Below, piece after piece: positions 26,573-32,000 of a DNA stretch of 32,000 nucleotides. How positions within the stretch are numbered: the first letter of the stretch is position 1; every line of letters starts with the position of its first letter. The stretch is from Methanothermobacter sp. CaT2 (GTDB lineage: Archaea; Methanobacteriota; Methanobacteria; Methanobacteriales; Methanothermobacteraceae). Below the pieces are notes generated by a model that did no database searches, was not told the DNA's origin, and saw only the letters and a list, made by a program, of their open reading frames with translations. Position numbers and translations under genes: made by a program. The stretch lies in NCBI RefSeq assembly GCF_000828575.1, contig NZ_AP011952.1, forward strand, positions 433,065-465,064, in the 5' to 3' direction.

Positions 26573-27097
26573 CTACTCCTCCGGCTCAACGATGACGGCT
26601 GTGCCGTAGGCAAGGATCTCCTGCATTATGTCGGAGATGGAGTCTGAGTCAAAACGGACGCTAATAACAGCATTCGCCCCCAGTTCACGGGCATGGTCAA
26701 GCATCCTCTCAAGGGCCTCCTGCCTTGAGTGCTCCATCATGGTGACGTACTCCTTGATCTCACCACCCACGATGGACCTTAAACCTGCACCTATCTGGCC
26801 CCCCAGGCCTCTGCTCCTCACTGTAAGACCATAGACGAATCCAAGTGTCTCAACTGCCCTGTGGCCAGGTACGTAGTTGCTTGTAACGTATATGATATCC
26901 CCGTGCTCCTCAACAACCGGCGCCCCCTTTCTTTCCTCAAGCTTCGTGCCGCACTCGTCACAGAAGTTTGAGTCAGCCCCGTACTCCTTACCGCAGTTTG
27001 GACAGAATTTCTCTGCTGATGCGGTGCTTGTGGAGGGTGCTTCCCCCCTGCCTCTACGCGCAGCCAGTCTCCTCTTCATCTCTTCGCTTGTAACCAT
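26573..27097 (-). CDS. Zinc-ribbon + YbjQ/UPF0145 (heavy-metal-binding-like) domain fusion protein
   Basis: CPNCGKEYGADSNFCDECG ribbon, followed by YVPGHRAVETLGFVYGLTVRSRG...GGEI...EALERMLDHARELGANAVISVRFD, typical of the YbjQ family. Start chosen at ATG 27097 (MVTSEEMKRR), because the longer ORF to 27205 would overlap the divergent gene. Confidence 0.65.
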   Translation of the reverse strand: MVTSEEMKRRLAARRGRGEAPSTSTASAEKFCPNCGKEYGADSNFCDECGTKLEERKGAPVVEEHGDIIYVTSNYVPGHRAVETLGFVYGLTVRSRGLGGQIGAGLRSIVGGEIKEYVTMMEHSRQEALERMLDHARELGANAVISVRFDSDSISDIMQEILAYGTAVIVEPEE

Positions 27098-27143
27098 AAT
27101 AACACCATAAATATTTCTATTGCAGATGTATAATAAGGTTACC

Positions 27144-28445
27144 ATGAGATCAAGCATGCCACACTCAGGGGTTAGGGGGGCAGTGGAGAGGGTCAAGGGC
27201 TTCATCCCCGGAATAGCAGTGCCCTACATCCCCCTTATCATCATAGGTATGCTCCTCATCATTAAACCATACTACCTCTTCCCGACACATGGGGACCTGG
27301 ACTTCCATCTTGTGAGGGCCAGGGAGATAATGATCAACCCATCCTATGGCCTCCTATGGGACTACCTGGTCTACTATCCCATGGGGAGACCCCTGGGCCA
27401 TCCCCCACTGCTTCACGTGATACTTGCAGGCCTCTGGGTCCTTGGAGGTGTGAGGTTCGCCCACTCCATCATGTGCATACTCCAGATACTCATCACCATA
27501 TTCACGGCCTCATGGGTGGCCTCCGGGTGGTATGGCAGGAGGGCCGGCCTCATAGCAGGGACCCTCGTACTCGCATCCCCACGCCCGGATACCCTCTCCG
27601 TTATAATGCCCGCAGCCTACATACCTGTACTCATGGTCCTCACGGTTTACCTCCTGTCAGAGGACCGGCTCTCCGCTGCTGTAACAGGTACCCTTGCACT
27701 CTGGACCCACTTCATAGCACTCATAACAGTCGTCCCCGCGGTGCTGGCAGACGGTGTGAGGAGAAACCTCAAGGTGCTCCTCCTGCTCCTCCCATCCTTC
27801 ATATTATGGTGGGCCTACTTCCTCACAGCGAGGGGCGCCCCATCCGAGCCTGTGAATGGTGGCTACTTCAGCATCGGCTGGCTTGTGTTCCTCATACTTC
27901 TATACTTTGGGGTCCCTGGGCTCTACCTTATAAGGGGGCGGAGGGAGTTCAGGCCCCTCGTGGCCTACATTCTCACAGTGCTCCTTGCAGAGATCCTCTT
28001 TGATGATATATCGAGGGGTCTGCAGTACGTGGCACTCCCGCTGGCAGTGGTGGGTGGATACACAGGTTCAAGGTTAATCGACAACCCCTCAGGGGCTGTA
28101 AGGCTGGTTACCGGAATCCTCATCATCTCATCGGCCACTGTATTCGTCGAACAGCTCCTTCTAACTGATATATGGTGGTCTGATGCTGATATACCATTTG
28201 AGAACCGATACTATCCCCTTAAGGAGTACATTGACATCCATACATCCCCTGATGACGCGGTATGGGCCTCTGGTTCAGTTGCTGATAAGGTTGCCTGGAT
28301 GACCGGGAGAAGGGTTTCAAATGGTCGCTACGGGCCTCCTCCCGGTTTCAGGGAGACGCACCAGGATATCAACATCTACAGTGAGGATGGGGGATTCGTG
28401 GTGAGGGATAAAAAGAACAGTACTGTGGCTGTTATAGACCCATAG
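27144..28445 (+). CDS. Polytopic integral membrane protein with a soluble C-terminal domain (possibly GT-C-type glycosyltransferase; function uncertain)
   Basis: At least 9 hydrophobic segments through aa ~350, then a hydrophilic ~90-aa tail. The start is ambiguous (TTG 27120, ATG 27124, 27144 or 27156). Confidence 0.4.
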   Translation: MRSSMPHSGVRGAVERVKGFIPGIAVPYIPLIIIGMLLIIKPYYLFPTHGDLDFHLVRAREIMINPSYGLLWDYLVYYPMGRPLGHPPLLHVILAGLWVLGGVRFAHSIMCILQILITIFTASWVASGWYGRRAGLIAGTLVLASPRPDTLSVIMPAAYIPVLMVLTVYLLSEDRLSAAVTGTLALWTHFIALITVVPAVLADGVRRNLKVLLLLLPSFILWWAYFLTARGAPSEPVNGGYFSIGWLVFLILLYFGVPGLYLIRGRREFRPLVAYILTVLLAEILFDDISRGLQYVALPLAVVGGYTGSRLIDNPSGAVRLVTGILIISSATVFVEQLLLTDIWWSDADIPFENRYYPLKEYIDIHTSPDDAVWASGSVADKVAWMTGRRVSNGRYGPPPGFRETHQDINIYSEDGGFVVRDKKNSTVAVIDP

Positions 28446-28456
28446 TATGGGTATGT

Positions 28457-31174
28457 TTATCTTCTGACCTTTTTCTTAAGATCAATTCCCAGCTGTTCAA
28501 AGGTTTCAAGTATCCTCTCATATTTTGTGTCGTCCATCTCCCCATCCCCTGCCACTATCCTTATCTCTGCCACTGCATCAACGTCACTGAAGTCCTCGCT
28601 GATGGTCCTCTTGATCCTGATGATATTTGACATGTTTTCAAGGGCGGTGGTGAATTCCAGTTCAATCCATTTAATGTGCCCATTCTCATCTTCCACTAGC
28701 TCATCTTCCACTAGCTGCAGTACCTCACCCTCTGTGAAGTCCGGCATATCCTTCCCATCAACCCTTAGCTTACCCTTCTGTATACCCTCATCTATGACCT
28801 CTCTGAGTTTCTCCTTAACGATTTCAGGTTCACACCCCATACCCCTGTACTTCTCCGTATATTCTCTCAGTATCTCAATCGTTGCCATTTTCATCCGGGC
28901 CCGTTTTTCAAGTTCACCAACACCTATATCTATGGCATCAGGGGGGCACTCCTCACAGAGTTTTGGATTAACTATTATTTCGGGCGGCTTCAATGAGACA
29001 CTGCAATCCTCACCGATATGTCTGCACTTTGGGTCGCCTGGGTCGCCTTCCAGTACGCCGAGCCCAAAGAGCCTCCTCTTCACACCCTTCCTTATTGCTT
29101 CCTCCAGTACACTGGGACTCATTATCCTCATGGCACCGGGTGTGGTGTGGAAGCTCCTGAGTATCCTCTCTGTCTCAATATAGTCTTCCTGAAGGTATTT
29201 CCTCTCGATTATCACAGGATCCAGGGATTCAAGGAGTTTATCCTCCTCAATGAGCCTGCTTTTTATCTCATAGTCAACCTTCACATCTGCACCGTAGCTT
29301 GCCATCCCAAGGTCTATCCTTTCAAGTCCTGAACGTGAGGGTACAAATACCATCCTGTAAAGGTTCCTTATACTCTCCCTGTCCTCAGCTGAGACTGACT
29401 TTATCTTCTCCCTCACCTCCCTTTTCTGTTCATCTGTAAGGGAGAGTTGCCTGTCTGATTCAACAGCCATCCAGGCAAGTTTTGTCTTTATGTGTTCAAC
29501 AAGCTGGTACCTGTGTGTATCATCCGCCTTGAGGAATATCAGGGTATTCTTGTAGACCCTGGGCTTTTCGCCCTTAAACTCAAGGAAACCAGTACAGTCA
29601 TCGGCGTCCTCAAGTACTATGAGCTTGAGTTTCATGTCATCAGGGACATCGGAGGCGGAAGATGGCCAGATGTAGACACTGAAAATCTTCTTACCTGTTA
29701 TCTCGCCGAGAAGGCGCCTCTCCTCATCCCTGACATCCTCATCCCTTATGTTCTCCTTCTTCCTGAGGACTATGGCGTTGAGGTTGGCCTCAGCAGAGAA
29801 GTAGTAGAGGTCCACCTGCTTGTGTATGTAGAATAGCCTCTCAATCATCATGTTGAGGGCCCCGTCTATGATGGACATGGGGATCTCAGACTCCAGGCAG
29901 GCCATCTTTATATCCCTTATGGTTGCACCGTCCCTTACCCCTCCCCCTGAGAATGAGTACAGGAATATTGATCTCGCTATCCTTGTGCCTATCATGTAGG
30001 GCTCGTACCCCCTGAGTTCCCTGTCAATGATCCTGGCACCTGCATCGGGGGATGTTATATCGGCGGCTATGATGCTATCAAAATTGTTACCTGTGAACCT
30101 CAGGAACTCCCTTTTGAGGTTACCTGACTCCAGTGGAAAGTCTGATAGCCTTATAACTGGTGTGCTGGATGATATGAGCCGGTTCACCACCATGGCAAGT
30201 AGTCTCAGCACACCCCTTGTCCTCTGGAAGTTTGGGAACGAACCCCATCTCTCATAGAGGACGTCTATAACCTCTGGCTGGAAGGGGTAGCTCTTCCTGA
30301 ATACCTCACGATAGTCGGCTGCGTTCATACCCTCAGGGAGGATGCCCTCAGATTCTGCCTTTTCAGTGAACTCCTCTATAACATCAATGGCCGCTGATTC
30401 ATCCACCCTCTTAAACAGCCTCTTCCTTATGACAGAGTAGATCTCGTCGTCCTCGACGGGTGTGAAGATCTTCTCTGTCCTCCCCAGAACCTTTGTGAGC
30501 TGATGGAAGAGTTTCTCTGCGGCTTCATCATAGTGTTCAAGGGAACTTGATGGGAGTGTCACCACCAGTGAAACTCTCTCGAGGGCTGATGCTGCCTGGC
30601 TTAGCTCCTGCATGAATGCCAGGAGCTGGCCTGCAAGTGTGGACTCCCCAACAGTCACACCACTTGCCTTCACCGCGTACTCGAGGAGTTCATCCATGAG
30701 TATCAGCACCGGCTGCTTCTCTCGGAGGAGCCCCATGATCTTATCCATACCCGGGGAGGTCATCCCTGAGAATTCCCTTACCTCCCCACGGAGCTGCCTC
30801 TCCATTTCAGCCCAGAGTGTTGTTTCACTGGCGTCCAGGGCGTCGCCTGAGAGCACAACTCTGGAAGCCCCTATATCACCTGCCCTGTGGTAGAGGGATA
30901 TGAGGGTATGGGTTTTACCCCCACCGAAGGGTGTCTGGAGCTGTATCACAGGGTCGCCGCCCCTGCCCTCGAGTCTGTCACCAACGATATCCATTATGTT
31001 CCTGAGTCCACGGGTCATGTAGGTTTTCCTGAAGAAGACATCAGGGTCCTGGTACTCTGCTGGTGCCTCCCCCTTGTGGACACTCCACAGGTTGGCTGCG
31101 AAGACGTCCAGTGAGAGCCTTTCCCCCATTATGTCCTCATGTGGCTCAGCAATGTTTACAAATGGCCTCATCAT
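28457..31174 (-). CDS. DUF499-family P-loop ATPase (COG1483-like), 905 aa
   Basis: The N-terminal region ...FFRKTYMTRGL...IQLQTPFGGGKTHTLISLYH (Walker A at 30908-30934) and VLILMDELLEY (Walker B-like) match my memory of DUF499 proteins. RBS GGAGGAGG upstream. Lies 13 bp downstream of the DUF1156-type gene. Confidence 0.65.
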   Translation of the reverse strand: MMRPFVNIAEPHEDIMGERLSLDVFAANLWSVHKGEAPAEYQDPDVFFRKTYMTRGLRNIMDIVGDRLEGRGGDPVIQLQTPFGGGKTHTLISLYHRAGDIGASRVVLSGDALDASETTLWAEMERQLRGEVREFSGMTSPGMDKIMGLLREKQPVLILMDELLEYAVKASGVTVGESTLAGQLLAFMQELSQAASALERVSLVVTLPSSSLEHYDEAAEKLFHQLTKVLGRTEKIFTPVEDDEIYSVIRKRLFKRVDESAAIDVIEEFTEKAESEGILPEGMNAADYREVFRKSYPFQPEVIDVLYERWGSFPNFQRTRGVLRLLAMVVNRLISSSTPVIRLSDFPLESGNLKREFLRFTGNNFDSIIAADITSPDAGARIIDRELRGYEPYMIGTRIARSIFLYSFSGGGVRDGATIRDIKMACLESEIPMSIIDGALNMMIERLFYIHKQVDLYYFSAEANLNAIVLRKKENIRDEDVRDEERRLLGEITGKKIFSVYIWPSSASDVPDDMKLKLIVLEDADDCTGFLEFKGEKPRVYKNTLIFLKADDTHRYQLVEHIKTKLAWMAVESDRQLSLTDEQKREVREKIKSVSAEDRESIRNLYRMVFVPSRSGLERIDLGMASYGADVKVDYEIKSRLIEEDKLLESLDPVIIERKYLQEDYIETERILRSFHTTPGAMRIMSPSVLEEAIRKGVKRRLFGLGVLEGDPGDPKCRHIGEDCSVSLKPPEIIVNPKLCEECPPDAIDIGVGELEKRARMKMATIEILREYTEKYRGMGCEPEIVKEKLREVIDEGIQKGKLRVDGKDMPDFTEGEVLQLVEDELVEDENGHIKWIELEFTTALENMSNIIRIKRTISEDFSDVDAVAEIRIVAGDGEMDDTKYERILETFEQLGIDLKKKVRR

Positions 31175-31187
31175 AACCTCCTCCAGT

Positions 31188-32000
31188 TCATTTATAATCC
31201 TTCAGTGTTTTCTGTCTTGTTTTCTCCTTGAGGCTCTTCATCATGGTCTCCCTGTTCACAATTAAACCCTCAAGCCACTGCTTTTCCCTGCAGTTTGGCA
31301 GGAACTCTATTATTGCCTGGGCGACACGGTAGAAGCTTTCACTTGTACCGTAACCTGTCTCTAGGAGAAGTTTCTCAAGTTCTTCCTTTCTGCCCTCACT
31401 CCATAACCTGGCTGCAAGGTGAAGGGCGTCTATGAGTTCTGTGGTGTCATGGTCCTCACCCCTTTTATCAGGTCCTAGGACTGTGACCTTACCCCTCTGT
31501 ATCCTTATGAAGCCTGCCCGGCTGGTGTTGAGGTCTATGCCAAGGCTACCAGCCAGTTTCCTTGCCTCATCGAATTCCACTCTGGAGTTCTCGAAGTTCC
31601 ACCTGTAGAAGAGGTAGAACCTTGTGAGGGGTGATAGTTCATCTGCAAACCCATTATCCAGGATCCTCCTTATGGCGAAGTCGGCCGCGACACTCCTTAT
31701 ATCATCCAGGAGTCTGGAGCCCCTGACCTCCTCGCCATTGTATTTGAGGATCTCACTGTACTTCCCTATAACCTCCAGGCCGGCGCCTATGGCAGCTATG
31801 AAGAAGTCAGGGCCGCTTATACCCTCCTCCCAGAGGTACTCCAGCTTCTCACCGAGGACCTCCTTCAGTTCGACCTGGACCTCCTCATAGTAGCCCGTTT
31901 TCTTCTCAAAGTCCGGTTTACGCGCCACGATGTAAATGGATGATGCAAGGGCTGCTGAAGATTGGGCTCTAAGCCTATGTTTTTGTTCGGTGAATATGGG
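31188..32000 (-). CDS. DUF1156-type DNA methyltransferase, C-terminal 270 aa (gene continues beyond the window)
   Basis: The frame has no stop from 31928 up to nt 32000 (...ALASSIYIVARKPDFEKK...). ASSIYIVARK and TRFYLFYRWNFENSRVEFDEARKLAGSLGIDL resemble the conserved C-terminal region of DUF1156/COG1743 methylases. The pairing with DUF499 supports the call. Confidence 0.55.
   Translation of the reverse strand, partial: PIFTEQKHRLRAQSSAALASSIYIVARKPDFEKKTGYYEEVQVELKEVLGEKLEYLWEEGISGPDFFIAAIGAGLEVIGKYSEILKYNGEEVRGSRLLDDIRSVAADFAIRRILDNGFADELSPLTRFYLFYRWNFENSRVEFDEARKLAGSLGIDLNTSRAGFIRIQRGKVTVLGPDKRGEDHDTTELIDALHLAARLWSEGRKEELEKLLLETGYGTSESFYRVAQAIIEFLPNCREKQWLEGLIVNRETMMKSLKEKTRQKTLKDYK

Noticed and set aside
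27356-28003. 215-aa alternative-frame ORF inside the polytopic membrane protein gene
   Set aside because: Its Pro/Arg/His-rich sequence is implausible, whereas the overlapping frame encodes regular TM helices.
28527-29183. 218-aa Ser-rich plus-strand ORF, with others at 29492-29836 and 30612-30893
   Set aside because: They are antisense to the DUF499 ATPase gene, low-complexity, and lack translation signals.

Overview
The window is about 90% coding and looks like a chromosome segment from a pseudomurein-containing methanogen. It is Methanothermobacter-like: there is a pseudomurein-binding repeat protein, and the msrA / 2-oxoacid oxidoreductase / 111-aa TIR-like gene order matches my memory of the M. 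thermautotrophicus MTH535-MTH538 locus. I cannot verify that here. No rRNA, tRNA, transposase or CRISPR array was seen.

Contents from left to right:
- 3' part of a CobN-like chelatase gene with an unusual surface-anchor-like tail.
- A Csa3-like CARF-wHTH regulator next to a small P-loop ATPase, with no cas genes nearby.
- A 475-bp AT-rich intergenic region carrying an imperfect 63-bp-period direct repeat.
- A run of small membrane-anchored envelope proteins (DUF2085, FxLYD-type, a frameshifted zinc-ribbon protein, a pseudomurein-binding-repeat protein, a putative secreted zinc hydrolase).
- A zinc-ribbon / DUF169 / acidic small-protein operon.
- A minus-strand Mur-ligase cluster, probably pseudomurein peptide ligases. 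It holds a 404-aa ligase, a 1000-aa tandem double ligase, a membrane-anchored protein and a MobA/MocA-like nucleotidyltransferase.
- A class-III-signal-peptide pilin-like gene.
- msrA, a two-gene 2-oxoacid:ferredoxin oxidoreductase and an MTH538-type TIR-like protein.
- A Lys/Tyr-rich secreted transglutaminase-like protein.
- The canonical nurA-herA-mre11-rad50 operon.
- A zinc-ribbon-YbjQ fusion and a polytopic membrane protein.
- At the right edge, a DUF1156-type methyltransferase (truncated by the window) followed by a DUF499 P-loop ATPase. This is an RM-like, poorly understood defence-type module.

Most noteworthy, in my judgement: the DUF1156/DUF499 module, the orphan CARF-wHTH + ATPase pair, the double Mur ligase with its accessory genes, the stand-alone TIR-like gene, and a frameshift at an A5 tract. 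All family assignments come from motif recognition by eye, not from searches.
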